Origin: Pseudovirgaria hyperparasitica
Lineage: Eukaryota
NCBI GenBank assembly: GCA_010093815.1
Contig: ML996565.1
DNA: 64,000 nt
Direction: 5' to 3' (one strand)
The position numbers and the translations under genes were made by a program. Below, piece after piece: positions 1 to 12,351 of this stretch. A model generated the notes under the pieces. It was not told the origin of the DNA and did no database searches. It saw only the letters and a list, made by a program, of their open reading frames with translations. Each line of letters begins with the position of its first letter. The first letter of the stretch is position 1.

Positions 1-333
1 CTGTGGGCCTAAACCTTCTTGCGCTTGGATCTCACGAGCACTCGCAGCTAGTCAGCAGAAGCGACTAGAAGGAATGAATATAGAGACTTACCGTTTGGAG
101 AACAAGCGACTACCATATTCATGAGATGGGGAGCCAGCCCCTAATCTCATGCTAGGAGCTGTGCTGCCAAGGCTAGTGTTGCTCCCGCTACTCATTTGAA
201 ACCGAGTGGAACTCCCAATAGAAGGGTCTGTGGGTGACGTGCTACCAGTCGAGGTCCCTGAGCGAGGTTGGGAGCCAAGCTGGGGAATATAGTTGAGGTT
301 GATGGGTTGCTCAGAACGCGACGTTGGAGCCAT
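1..333 (-). CDS. JSN1: 5' part (exons 1-2, runs off window) of a Pumilio-family RNA-binding protein, Jsn1/Puf2-like
   Basis: ORF MAPTSRSEQPINLNYIP...RLGAGSPSHEYGSRLFSKR; intron 41-91 (GTAAG..GCTGAC..AG) splices to AREIQAQEGLGPQ, matching the N-terminal motif I recall from filamentous-fungal Jsn1 proteins. The PUF domain lies outside the window. Confidence 0.65.
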
Positions 334-3300
334 TACGAATTATCAGATCTTCTTGATTGTATGGGGTGATGGTCTCTGTATGAGTGGTCGCGGACCGACG
401 CTGGCTTTCCCAGTCGTGGAAGTGTTTCGAAAGAGCGACGATTCGTGCCGAGTCCACGTTGGGTGAATGGTAGACGATGAAGTCTTCAAGAGAGTGTTGA
501 AGTGTTAGCACCGGACAAGGCTGTTTGTAATGATGCAGGACCCGTTTTAGTCTATGCTGAGATGACAAGAACAAAATTGGAGATCAGGTTTGTCTCAAGA
601 AGTCTTCTTCAAAGGGAGTTCCATTCATGAAGCGTAGTCTCGAGCGATAAAAATCTTGTGGAGACAGAAGAGTACTGAGGATCAAGCTGCCTTTTAGCTC
701 GAGATTCAATTGTCCGATAGTTATTGTCGGCGCACTGGAGAGTAAAGTCGTAACGCACGAGGATGAGGATCGAGATCTTTAGGGAGAGCAGGACGTGGTG
801 TAGGGACGGGAGCCAATAAACAGGCCAGATTGCGGCCTGGAGAAGCAGACGAGGGATTACAAAAATGTGATTAGGAAGTGTGTAGAAGACTGAACCGGAC
901 AGGAACAGAGATGGAAGCGCAAGGTCAAAGAGGCGGAAGTGGTGTGTGCGAAGGATGGAGGATAAGGAGGACGGAGGTGTCGGAAAAGGTTGTGGTGAGA
1001 GCTTGTTTCACACTTCTAGGTAGGATGGAGTGCTGCGTAATGGAGGTCACGTGTGCTCGCGGCCCCTAAAAATAAGACGACGCTGCAGCCAGTTTCGAGG
1101 GTCGAGGAAATGAGAGAAGGCCAGAAGGTGAAGATTATTCACATTCAGGAAGATGAACGCAGGTAATTAAGTGGACCGCTGTCGCACCTCGTTCGCTTGA
1201 GGGTTGGCTCTTGAAGGGCAAACTGGAAGCATGTACGTTTCGCAGCCAGACAAGCACGTTCGTTCAACACAATTAATAACATCCAAAGTTCCAGGTCTGC
1301 GGGCTTCGACATTCTATGACCTGGCCTGTTCTGAGGGCCAGAACCATAAAGAATATGGTATTATCATATTATGGTACATATCACCTACAGCATGGCGTCG
1401 CCTTGCTCACTGACTACTGCACACTGCGCCTCCACCTTTGGCCTTGCAGCAAAAGATACCTGAAACAAGCTAACATCACCCGCCACTGGTCCGGTCAGAA
1501 ACGAACTTGGAAACACGCTCTGTTACCGCCCTAGCACTGAATCTAGCCTCCTTGAAGCCAACCGTTGTTGATACCCCGGCTTTTATAAAGCCTACTTGAT
1601 CCCTCTTTCCCCATACCACCGAGTAGATCACTATTCTGATGATGCTCGTTATAAATGCCCATAGGGGAAAAAATTGTGCATTCGGTATACCATTCCTCGT
1701 GTCCTCTACAACCAAGCCCTATTACACGGACCTGGTGAGGTACGATGGGATCTGTAGAAAAACGGACCAGTGACACGTCATATTGGTAATCATACGATAT
1801 AATGATCGTTCGACAGAATTTCTAGCTGCGCGCTACTACAGTAACATCATCAGATGGCTTTAACAGAGTATTATCAGTCGCCATCACCGCGTTGTCACCG
1901 ATGACATCTCGTCCCAGCCTACTGGTCCGACGTTCTCCGTGCTCATGTTCATGCTTTATCATAAACGGACGCATTGATTGTGTACATCCTGCCGAGGCCT
2001 ATTCCTATGTATGTCCACGGGCTTTTATGTTGAACAATTGTAGACGAGTGAGAACAATGCAAGGTCATTATTGGATCGAACATTCTATGATGCTTGATCT
2101 TCATGAACCTTGAAGGCGTTTCGGACTATCTGGGATGTGCTTTTTGTACGACCAGCCAAAGGCCGAATAGACGCTGGTGCCATAATTACTGATGCGAGCA
2201 CTTGTTCTTCCTCCTCTTTCGCTTATAACATGCATGGTCGGACCAGGGAGGTTGAGCATCGGTTTGTAAGCTTTGCAGATTTGTAATATAGAAATGTATT
2301 GCCTCTGTACGAGTTCAATGGATGGGGTAATCGCATATTCTATACTGGCAACCAACGAACAGGACTTCTCCAGTACGCGTCCCTCAAGCGTGCACCATTA
2401 CTCGAGAGTGTGACAGATCACGCGCAAGAGACTACGACTGCGACGTCAATATCTTTATTGTTTCAATCACAGAGTTAGACGGTTCACGCGACGCTGATTC
2501 GAGGCTGCTCTCTACTCCGGAAGAACCTCAGACACGCGAACTACACAGCTTGCGCCAGCGCCGTACAAGAGTAAGGTCATTTTAAACAAATACTCATCTG
2601 CCTACTCGTTGCAAGATCTAACCACCTATTCATTCTTGCTACGCTAGCCTAAAACTCTCCCCATTCTGCAGAGTTATGGAGCCCTTTCTGCTTTCCATCT
2701 TGCCTACCGTCCACAATCTCTCCGTAAAGAAACGGTAAAATTGAATCAACCTTGAATACTCGATACCCGTATGTTCAGGCACCAGACCATATGGACTATA
2801 CATGCGAATCCTAGCCCGCTCATGACCTCAAATGGTAGCCTCGTCATGGCATGGCTCGCTTGCTCAAGACCACAAATCAAGACTTTGAAATGGGTATTTA
2901 GGGGTGCGCATGCGGGAATACGAGAGACCTTGGTGTACTAAGTTGGTTAGAGTCTGTTAAGGTAATGATGTTATTGGAGTGATACTAGGAGCAAATGACA
3001 GCTAGGGAGTGAGTCGTGGCCTGTATACATAGCGCGAGTTCGCTGAAATTTTCGTGATTGTTATATTGAATATGACGAACATCACGTCGATATCGATGAC
3101 GAGTGTCATGCGCCGTGTAAGTGTTCACTTGTTTTTATGATCTCAATGTCGTGCATTAGCCCCGTCAAGGTATGTCAGTAACGAATAAGTCCTTAAAGAC
3201 AAATTTTCGGATACGGATTTGCTTCCACGAATGAAGCCAAATTATTTGTCGACGACTTTGGTCGTGCACAGCTGTGTAGTGAGACTTAAGCTCAGTCTTC

Positions 3301-3371
3301 ACCCCTTATAGACATCTTCTCATTGGTCTGTCTTATCGTAGGCTGTAAATGTGAATTCTGCCTGATATTAG

Positions 3372-3955
3372 GAGGGTTTCTCAAGCGTCCAGCTGTATTA
3401 TATGTACTATACGAGTCGGTTATTATACCATATATCTAAGCCGTCTTACTAAGTAATATAGAATAAACTTAAAGCACGTGTATATCCGTAGCCCATAAGG
3501 TTAAGAATAGTCAAAAACACGTGTAATTAGTGTTGTTTTGAAGCCTGCGAGGTCAAAATCAGTCAAAATCAATCAAAAACACGTGTAATAAGTGTTGTTT
3601 TGAAGCCTGCGAGGCTAAAATCAGTCAAAATCAGTCAAAAACACGTGTAATAAGTGTTGTTTTGAAGCCTGCGAGGTCAAAATCAGTCAAAATCAGTCAA
3701 AACCAGTTAAAATCAATCAACAACACGTGTGATCAGTGTTGTTTTAAAGCCTATAAGGTCAAAATTAGGTAAAAACACGTATAATAGAGAGAGGGAGGAG
3801 GGGGAAGAGAGGGAGAGAGGGAGAGAGTGAGAGAGAAGAATAAGAGGCGGATAGAAGGGTACCGGATATTACTTCGGCTAAACAATTGACTACATGATTA
3901 CTCAGTAAGTCTTTGTTTTGAACGTTTAGAACACTAGGACACTTGAGAAACCCTC
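3372..3955. mobile_element. Non-autonomous TIR DNA transposon (MITE), copy 1
   Basis: TIRs GAGGGTTTCTCAAGCGTCC at 3372 and GGACACTTGAGAAACCCTC ending 3955 (1 mismatch); perfect 8-bp direct flank GATATTAG at 3364-3371 and 3956-3963; no ORF; homologous second copy at 7085-7414. Confidence 0.9.
3510..3781. repeat. Internal ~62-bp tandem repeat (about 4.5 units) inside MITE copy 1
   Basis: Unit AAAAACACGTGTAATAAGTGTTGTTTTGAAGCCTGCGAGGTCAAAATCAGTCAAAATCAGTC; CACGTG at 3518, 3580, 3642 and 3724; nested GTCAAAATCA 10-mers. Confidence 0.9.
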
Positions 3956-4218
3956 GATATTAGTCAGGCATGAAGGTTTCTGCCTTACGATTGCGGCGAA
4001 CAAACTCACCTCCGCATGGGCAGCGGTGGCGTATAACTCCTATCGTCTATGCTTCAAGGCCGTTCTTCATCTATCCTTTCGTCGTATGCGCCTTCCAGTC
4101 TGTCGGTAAACACTTATCGCCTGCGGCTAAGCTCCGAGCAATCGTTGTGTTAATGGCATAAGTATACCTAGTACTAGTTTCACAACCCTCTTAACACCTG
4201 CTTTTACCAACCACCGCG

Positions 4219-6372
4219 ATGAGTACGCAGGAGCAAGACGAAGAGTGCCAGACCTTGTCTCATGATGAGTCTGATGGATCTGAGACTGAGGATGCGGCGG
4301 AACCAGCGATGGTATTACTGCGTGCACGCCGTTCGAACGCCGGTAATCGCATGTCCAACTTGCTCGCTTTGGCTGAAGCAGAGGATGACGAGACACGTGT
4401 TATATATGGCGATGAAAGTTGGCAAGAAACTGCCGACGATATGGAATTTGGTGGGGCGGAGGCTGAAGCACCTGATGACGTATCGTTAGAATCGTCTTCG
4501 GATGACAATGATGAGGACGATCAAGAAGACGACGAAGCTGGGGAGAAAGAACTGAAGAGACAAGAACGGACGGAGAAAACGAAGAAGCGGAAACAGATCG
4601 CGAATCCTTTTGCAGATGCGGCACGAAAGAAGGCCAAACTGAATGCTGCTCCGAAAGTCTTCATGCATGCCCCTCGACCGAAAAAGAAGTCTGAACGCGA
4701 CTCGTGGCTACCAACACCGGATGAGGGGCCTGTCCGAGCTTCATCGAGGAAGCAGACAATGAAAAACAAGAAAGATACTCATGCGCGTCTAATACTAAAA
4801 GAGAAAACCCGCGAGCGAGTGGTTGAACTTATGCAGGCAGCCAATAGGCGCAAAGAAGCTTTTAAGCCTCTATCACAGGAAGAGAAGCTGCGTATGGCGG
4901 CGAGGATCGAAAAGGAGAACAGTAAGAGTCTCAATCGATGGGAGGAGTCCGAGAATAGAAGAGCCGCGGAACAGCAAGCTCGACTTGATGCCTTAAGAAA
5001 TCGCAAAATTGATGGCCCGTACATCCGATATTGGAGCGGGCCAGCCATATGGCAAGATGATAAGCTTGTCGCCACTGGTAAGAAAGCCAGGCTGGTTCAA
5101 GAGCTCGACGGTACAGGAGAATCGCTCTCTGTGCAAAAGGTGGAAGCGAAGGAGGCGTCCAAAGTCGTGATACTGCCTGATGTACCACTCTTACCACCAC
5201 ACTCGACTGAACAAGTGGATAGACAGCTTCTATTGAGAACTCATAGAGCAGATGGAGTACAATACTCTCAATCTACCCCCTCTCAAATAGCCGACACTCA
5301 GTCTATACAGGTTGATGGAGACACTCCAGGGATTTCTACATCCGTACAAGCAACGGTTCAAGTTACAGAAGAAATCTGTGTACCTCAACAAACATCAGAA
5401 GTGAAAGAAACGAGAGAATCTGAAACATCTCAGGCTCAGACTCGACATCATACAGAGACTGCACCAGAGCCAAAGCTGGCTCGCCCATCAAGTTCAGAAC
5501 AGGTCATAGAACAGCCGAATAATTCTTTGCTAGAAACCGATGAAAGTTGCTCGAGGAAGGCAGAAACGCCCCCGGTGCTAGACACCGAAATGTCCAACAC
5601 AGAACCACTATCGACAACCACTGACGAACCCACTATACCGATGCCGACAACCATCATGTTTGCTCCACCCGGAGCAAATAATGGTTTCCTAGATGGCATA
5701 CTTGATTGGGCTTCTTTACACAATCAGAACAACTCAGTACCCGACCCAGCTTTTTCAGCAGCTGCCCAACCACCTCCTCCCGCTAGTCAACCAATTCGGA
5801 ATACGCAACAGTCACAGGACCCAACAACATCTATACAGCCCCCTGGGACAACAGTCCTCCCTTCCGCAGTCGTTATTCCGCCAATTCATGTCCACACACC
5901 TACCACTCTACCTCCTGTCATCCGCCGCGCAACTCGTAATCTCATCATGCTCAGCCATTACGAAACCCTGATGCCGTCTCAAAAAGAACATATCTACAAA
6001 ATCCTTCTTGCCCCTCAGGCAAAACCAAGTCGTTACCTCACCAAGCGTGTTGACAAAAACTTCTACCCACCTACTATTATGTGTGCCGTTACCGCACAGA
6101 TTGCTCGCTATCGTGATCCTGTCACCGGTCTTGCATACCGTGACAAGAATGCATATAGACGGATCAAGCGTCTTGTCGGAGGGAGTTTCGCGTGGAGTGC
6201 AGCTTTGGAGGCTTTCGTGGGCGGGAGAGGAGATAGGGCTAGGGGTGTACCTGAGAGGTTCTGGAATGCCGCATATGAGAAACCAAAGGCGAAGAAAGCT
6301 GATGAGGCGAAGCCAGATATCCCGATGGAGGGTATTGCTCTTAAGAGGGAGGAGGGGATCGTTGCAACATGA
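4219..6372 (+). CDS. VPS72: SWR1 complex subunit Vps72/Swc2 (YL1 family)
   Basis: RARRSNAGNRMSNLL N-terminal YL1 motif, acidic tract, coiled coil LSQEEKLRMAARIEKENSKSLNRWEE, and C-terminal YL1_C-like CAVTAQIARYRDPVTGLAY. Confidence 0.9.
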   Translation: MSTQEQDEECQTLSHDESDGSETEDAAEPAMVLLRARRSNAGNRMSNLLALAEAEDDETRVIYGDESWQETADDMEFGGAEAEAPDDVSLESSSDDNDEDDQEDDEAGEKELKRQERTEKTKKRKQIANPFADAARKKAKLNAAPKVFMHAPRPKKKSERDSWLPTPDEGPVRASSRKQTMKNKKDTHARLILKEKTRERVVELMQAANRRKEAFKPLSQEEKLRMAARIEKENSKSLNRWEESENRRAAEQQARLDALRNRKIDGPYIRYWSGPAIWQDDKLVATGKKARLVQELDGTGESLSVQKVEAKEASKVVILPDVPLLPPHSTEQVDRQLLLRTHRADGVQYSQSTPSQIADTQSIQVDGDTPGISTSVQATVQVTEEICVPQQTSEVKETRESETSQAQTRHHTETAPEPKLARPSSSEQVIEQPNNSLLETDESCSRKAETPPVLDTEMSNTEPLSTTTDEPTIPMPTTIMFAPPGANNGFLDGILDWASLHNQNNSVPDPAFSAAAQPPPPASQPIRNTQQSQDPTTSIQPPGTTVLPSAVVIPPIHVHTPTTLPPVIRRATRNLIMLSHYETLMPSQKEHIYKILLAPQAKPSRYLTKRVDKNFYPPTIMCAVTAQIARYRDPVTGLAYRDKNAYRRIKRLVGGSFAWSAALEAFVGGRGDRARGVPERFWNAAYEKPKAKKADEAKPDIPMEGIALKREEGIVAT

Positions 6373-7084
6373 AGAATTGCCACTAGATTACCATTTTGAG
6401 GCACGCTTTGAGATTGTGCTATACATAGCAATATAGCATTCTCTTATTCGTGAAATTTCGTTGGAACTCCCTACTTGCAATATAATTATCTATTGGCTCG
6501 TCAGATTGGCAAGATCTACTAGTGTCCTCCATGATGTGATAATATAACGTGTCAGAAGAATCGAGAGATGTGAGCTACTGGATGAGTACATACCTCAGGA
6601 CATGCAAGTGATCGAAATATATAACAGAACAGAAGTAGCTGGAAAAGACCACACAGTTTGCTACATATGTGAAGAAACATATACACCCTATATGTATCGG
6701 TATTTTCGATATCGATGTCAACATCGAAGTATAGATAGTTAATCTATCTGATATCATGCCATTTTCAACGTCACAATGCCACTAAATTAAGCTCGAACAT
6801 AGATTTTGGTCAGGAAGAGTCATACACCTCTCTCAATTTCAGAGTCTTATTGAGTAGTAAAAACTGTAGACCTAAATTCAATGTTTAGGAATTACGACCT
6901 TGCAAAGATAACATCTCTTCACACTTCGATACTCTAGATCCTACTAGTTGTCCGAGAAAGCAATACCCCGGAAATAGTGCAATAGATATCCAATACGCAA
7001 ATTCGTGTAGTATGGTAACGAGCTGGATCGAAGAAATCCTACGAAGCTACATAAGCTAGACGACACTTATTTCATTGCATACTA

Positions 7085-7414
7085 GAGGGTTTCTCAAGCG
7101 TCCATTTATATTATGTGTATTATACCATACATCTAAGCCACCTTACTAAGTAATATAGAATAAGCTTAAAGCACATGTATATCCGTTGCCCACGAGGTTT
7201 AAAATCGTCAAAACCAGTTAAAAACACGTGCATGAGTGTTGGTATTAAGCCTGCGAGGTTAAAACCAGTCAAATACGCATATAAGTAGTGTTTAGAATAA
7301 CAGGCGGATAAAAGAGTAGTCGGAGGATGCCGGAGATTAAATTATTGACTACACGATTACTTAGTAAATCTTTGTTTAGAACATTAACGTACACTGGACG
7401 CTTGAGAAACCCTC
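7085..7414. mobile_element. Non-autonomous TIR DNA transposon (MITE), copy 2 (shorter)
   Basis: TIRs GAGGGTTTCTCAAGCGTCCA and TGGACGCTTGAGAAACCCTC; internal sequence collinear with copy 1 (CTTACTAAGTAATATAGAATAA, AAGCCTGCGAGG, ATTGACTACA-GATTACT) but with only about 1.5 repeat units; TSD imperfect (ATACTA/ACACTA). Confidence 0.88.
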
Positions 7415-7996
7415 ACACTATGCTACAGCCCTCAATAATCTTTCAGGCAAAGCAGCATGTGAAGCGTGTTTCCTCATAACATTGATATAAGCCAACAGCA
7501 ATACTTGCAGGTGGCCAGGATTATTCGGCATTCGCCCCATTCGTCTCCACTGGATGTTCAGCCGCACACGCTACTTATCACGTACAGCCCATTCAATAAG
7601 CTTAGTTCGATTGCCTGGCAGATCACCAATGAAGGGCCTTCTTGACTCTCTATAATTTGTAGATCCGAAGCACCTTGCCTTTTGAGACATGACCCTACAA
7701 CAAAGGTCATCCTTCGCGCCTCGACCATAATTTCCAAGGCCCTTGCAGTACCAGTGTTTTCAAAGGGTGTTTCTTTTTCTTGCCATGGCCAATGAACCGA
7801 GTGCGCTCGCCTGAATGATCGGGTGATTCAGCTCATCACAATCTCATGTTATTGCCATTGGGGGGAAAGGGATGTAGTTGTTGGACCATGGTCGGGCGGC
7901 GAACTCTTTATATCCTCTCCAGTAGTCCTACCTCGCATAGACTTCGTACGCTTGTTGTTTCTAGGGGTCCTGTGATCACTGTGTACCTACTTTAAC

Positions 7997-9683
7997 ATGC
8001 AAGTGATAGCGGTAGTGCGGATCGTGGCTGCGGCAGCCGCATTTGCATTCGCAAACGTAAACCCAAATGTAATCATACCCACTCGTATGTAGCGACCTGC
8101 CATCAACCTCAACTCTATATAAACAAGCTAACATAAACCATCCAGCACGACCATCACATATTCTACCACCACGCGGCTGGCACAACGAATCCACGTCTTC
8201 TCGGCCAACAAGACTCCCCGGCTGCAACGAAAACTGCACCGTCTTCGAGCCCGCCTTCCAAGGCTACACCTGGACCCGTGTGGACGCCTCCTTGATCGTC
8301 TATACGCCCTACTACACAACCTATACCGTCTACCTCGACCCGTCAGGAATCTCCTATTCATCCGAGCTTGTTACCGCAGACACGCTGTACACAAATGCAC
8401 ACGGCACGCTTATCTGCCCCAATGCCATCACGCTCTGGGACGACGCGCATGCTACGCCTACAGTAACGACACTCGCGTATCCTACGAGTCATTTCTCGTA
8501 TGGCAGTGAGTATTCCTGGTACGGCACATTCGCCACGACCAGGTCTCCCGGGAAGAGCCTTTGCACGACCATCACCAGTCCGATCGGAATCGATGGGGAC
8601 AGTTGGGCCACCCCGACGGTCACGCTGCGCTCGCATCCGCCCTACCAATCACCTATGGTCGATGCAGAGTTGCCACCTGGAAATGGGACTGTGCTGGGCG
8701 CGGTGTATACGTGCATGCCGGCTTCCAAACAACCTGAATCTGAATTCTTGAAAGACGAGTTCCCGGATGACGCGGCTCTCCAGGTGTGTGCTATAGGCTG
8801 GAACGGTGGATATTGGGGCGCTGGGGCGTTGTTCACACAGAGTGTCGTCACGGATGCGGAAGTCGGGGTGACGATGATGGTGGCGCCCGTGCCCGTTGCA
8901 AAGCCGACGTTGCCAGGCATGGTGGATGTTACTGGAGTGCCGATCGAAGGACAACACTATCCGGTGCAGTCACAAGATGCGACGCCTGGATTCCTCACAA
9001 TACCACCAGACTCCGCACATCCCACGGGCGCAACACTGAAGCTGCCAGCGCCAGGCTCCAGTACAGTAGTTCTGGTGGCCCCAAAATCGTCGCCGGAGAG
9101 TATTCCGCTGACGATCGCGGTCAATGCATACACTCTGCCGGTCTTGAGTTCCAACAGCTACGCGTACGACAGCGTTATCATCACCGAAGTGACCATTATC
9201 TCTGGGACCTTCACTTCTCGGACGACACTTCCATCGTCAAACCCAACGATCCGTCACTCTTTGACTCTGACACAATACGACCCACTTCCATCGCAAACAG
9301 CTGGTCTGATCGATGGTAGCGTGGTGTTTACCTTGATCTCTGTAACAATGATAGTGTCGATTGCAACAAATTGCTTGCCTGGGTTAGGCGCCACGGAGAC
9401 GATTACGGGGGTTGTAGGCACAGGAGTGTCAACACATACGGTAGTGATGACGATGAATGAGGAGGGGCAGGACGTGTTGATTGTTGATGAGAGTCAGATT
9501 GTTGTTATGCCTACCGGCGCGTTGGTAGATGGGGGAAACAAGTCCTCGGGGATGGCAGTGGAGACGGTAGGTATAGGGCAGGCGGGGGGTCGAGAAGGTG
9601 AGGGAAATCGCATAAAACAGGACTGGGACGTACGGTTGTTGGCAACCGTAGCTACTGTTTTCCTATTCATATTTAGCATATAG
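7997..9683 (+). CDS. Secreted Thr/Ser/Val-rich, probably GPI-anchored cell-surface protein (2 exons: 7997-8084, 8146-9683)
   Basis: Exon 1 MQVIAVVRIVAAAAAFAFA is signal-peptide-like; intron GTATGT..GCTAAC..CAG restores the frame into the 467-aa ORF; N-terminal Cys-containing region, Thr-rich body, hydrophobic C-terminus LLATVATVFLFIFSI. Confidence 0.7.
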
Positions 9684-9756
9684 TGATACCCAATCTACAA
9701 GAGAAGCATGATCCAATGCATTTTAACGCATTCGTTCGATCTTTCCAGCATGTACT

Positions 9757-11201
9757 TCACTGCACCTCGAGTACGACGCCATGAGCAGCCTTCAGTCTGT
9801 CAACGAACTCTTCGCCTAAGCAAGCGGTCGTCAGCAAACCTCCACCAAGCCTTCTCGCCTCACATGGTTGGCCACTCTTCTCTTCGGGTCGTGCCAATAC
9901 CATAGCTGCTTCAGCAAGCAAGATACCAGTGAACGCATACATGCTGCCTTCGTAATATAACCTTGCCGAAGTCTTCTTCGAGGCGTCTGGGTCCGCCTCT
10001 CCAATAGTCCTGTATTCTATGAACTCTCGTCGCCCTGCTTGATCGAGATCTGGGCCATCGCCAGGTGACAGAAAGACAAACTTTCGCAGCAGCCAGCGGA
10101 TCGGCGGCATTATGAGAAAGAGCGGAGCTGCCATAAAGGCGTAGTGAAATATTGCTGCGTTGATGAGTCCAGTACTCCTCATCCATTCCTTGAAAAAGAA
10201 ATTCGGACCATAAGAGGTGGATGGAGGAGAGAGGGACGACAGCAAGCCCCATGAGCGATTCACTACGGCGGTATCCACGCTTGCACCTGGCGAGTCTGTC
10301 ATAATTCCCATACCAGGGATATTGGCTACACCTAGGAGTTTTTCGTACAACGATTGCTGGGCATGGAGAGGCGCATTCCGATTCGATGACGACGGTGAAG
10401 TTGGACACAGGGCGAATGGGTGCATGCTCTTGATCAAGTAGCTGATAGAAAAGGTTTCGAAGACCGCAAGAATTGAGCTCAGAGTGCCGCCAGAAGCGCT
10501 TGCTTTGGCGTTGTATAAGACGTGAGTTACATTGCGGGTTGACGATGAAAACCTGCTACGGATCTGATTGCAGACAATGTAAGTGAGCAGGTCTGCGGGA
10601 ACAGACTCAATGCCGCACTGCGGAATGATCTATTACATGTCAATAATGCCATGAGAGTGATATGTTCGAGCGCGACTTACGATTGCTCCAGTACTCTGTG
10701 CTAAACGGTGGTATCGCTGAATCATCTGCCGAAACCACGGCGACTCCCCAGTGCTACACAGTATCAATTAGGAACAGTCTTTCAAAGAATGCAGTTAGAA
10801 TCACATACCAATCCAGATAATGAGTTCCGTTACTGGCACAAGCTTCGACCATTGGTTCTCCCATTTTTGAGTAAGGTCCGACTGTTGTGACCACGAGACG
10901 TGTTTTGCGCACAAGTGCATGGAGATCATCTTTCTGATGAGCCGTGACCTCGATCGCTTCAAAAAAAATAAGCTCAGCTAGACTGATTGGTGCTTAAAGT
11001 AGACAAACATGGTGGGTTTCGGTCACGGTTGAGCTCTTCCAGCTTCTTGACCACTCCCTGGAGTTTGTCGGCGCTGCGGCCAGCGACAGCCCAGTTTAGG
11101 TTGGTGGGAAGGTGCATCGTGATGTGTTCAGCGCAGAGTTTGCCAGTGTACCCACTTGCGCCATAGAGGACCAGTTCATATGGCCGATTGTCCACGACCA
11201 T
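9757..11201 (-). CDS. Saccharopine dehydrogenase-like oxidoreductase (multi-exon)
   Basis: YELVLYGASGYTGKL Rossmann motif and WAVAGRS; middle exons include TTVGPY, ACASNGTHY, IIPQCGIESVPAD and SGGT; C-terminal GGGLLTTACLG. Confidence 0.85.
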
Positions 11202-11829
11202 GGTAAGAGTCGTGATGTGCGTAGGAAATCAATGGACTGGGAGATAGGGAGGTGTCGAAGCTCGGTAGCCGCTTTAGCAGTGCATACCTGTTACTGTTGC
11301 TGTCAAGTGAGCCGTATGACTAGAATGATAAACTATCGCTCAAAAAGAAGCAAACTGGAAATTAGGACGAAACGACATTGATGGGGATCTCCCCTCTATG
11401 TAATTATCTTGACGTGCGTAATGTACTGGAAGCAGGGAAGTTCAACCGGCGGCCGAGGCAGTTGACCCCCGCACTTAAGGCTTGTGCATCGCCATACATG
11501 GAATGGGAGCGCATCAGAGGCTAGATACGAAATGTAGGATATCTAAGATTGTGATGGGTATTGGAACTTAATTATATGAGATGTAATAACTGGCCACCGC
11601 TGTTTGGTACAACACGAGACTGTTCAGCATTACTCAACTCTGTGCCTAGCGTAGTTAGTTGGAAGCCTAATGTACAGACGCCACGCTGTGGATTGAGCGA
11701 CCGAGGTTTCGCCGACCGCCAAGCCCACAAACGCACCACACCTCAAACGAATTCGAAAACACCACAAGCTCATCCGTCCAATATCCAACCCGTAGACTTC
11801 GTCGAGAACCCAACGCAACCTACGGCACC

Positions 11830-12351
11830 ATGACAAAACGCACAAAGAGTATACTCTGATCTCTCTATAGTCACACTCAATTCTAACAAGTATCACAGAG
11901 GTCGGTGTTACTGGCAAGTACGGCACTAGGTATGTCGAATTGCGACCCCATCCTCGACGTTGACCTTCCAAGTTCGAGCATGAGACCTGGGAAATCGTAA
12001 TCCAATATGCTTGGTGAATTTGACTAATTATGGTGTCAAGATATGGTGCTTCGCTCCGTAAGCAAGTCAAGAAGATGGAAATATCGCAACACGCACGATA
12101 CACCTGCACATTCTGCGGAAAGACCACAGTCAAACGACACTCCGTCGGTATTTGGAACTGCAAGGCGTGCGGCAAGACAATCGCAGGAGGAGCCTGGAAC
12201 GTATCGTAAGTCCCCTCGAGGGGAGATTGCCACCGCGAGACTACTCTAGAAACCTGGACTTGAACTGACACCACATCCTACATTCAGGACCGCAGCCGCT
12301 GCTGCTACGCGATCAACGATTCGACGTCTGAGAGAAATTGCGGAGGTTTAA
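11830..12351 (+). CDS. RPL43: 60S ribosomal protein eL43 (L37a), 4 exons
   Basis: Spliced: [93 protein letters not shown]4 zinc ribbon; three GT-AG introns. Confidence 0.97.

Noticed and set aside
1200..2400. Several 70-85 aa ORFs between JSN1 and the MITE
   Set aside because: No recognisable domain or coherent exon structure; treated as intergenic or promoter sequence.
3510..3781. Regularly spaced repeats superficially resembling a CRISPR array
   Set aside because: Whole units are repeated with no unique spacers, there are no cas genes, and the context is eukaryotic; it is a minisatellite within a MITE.
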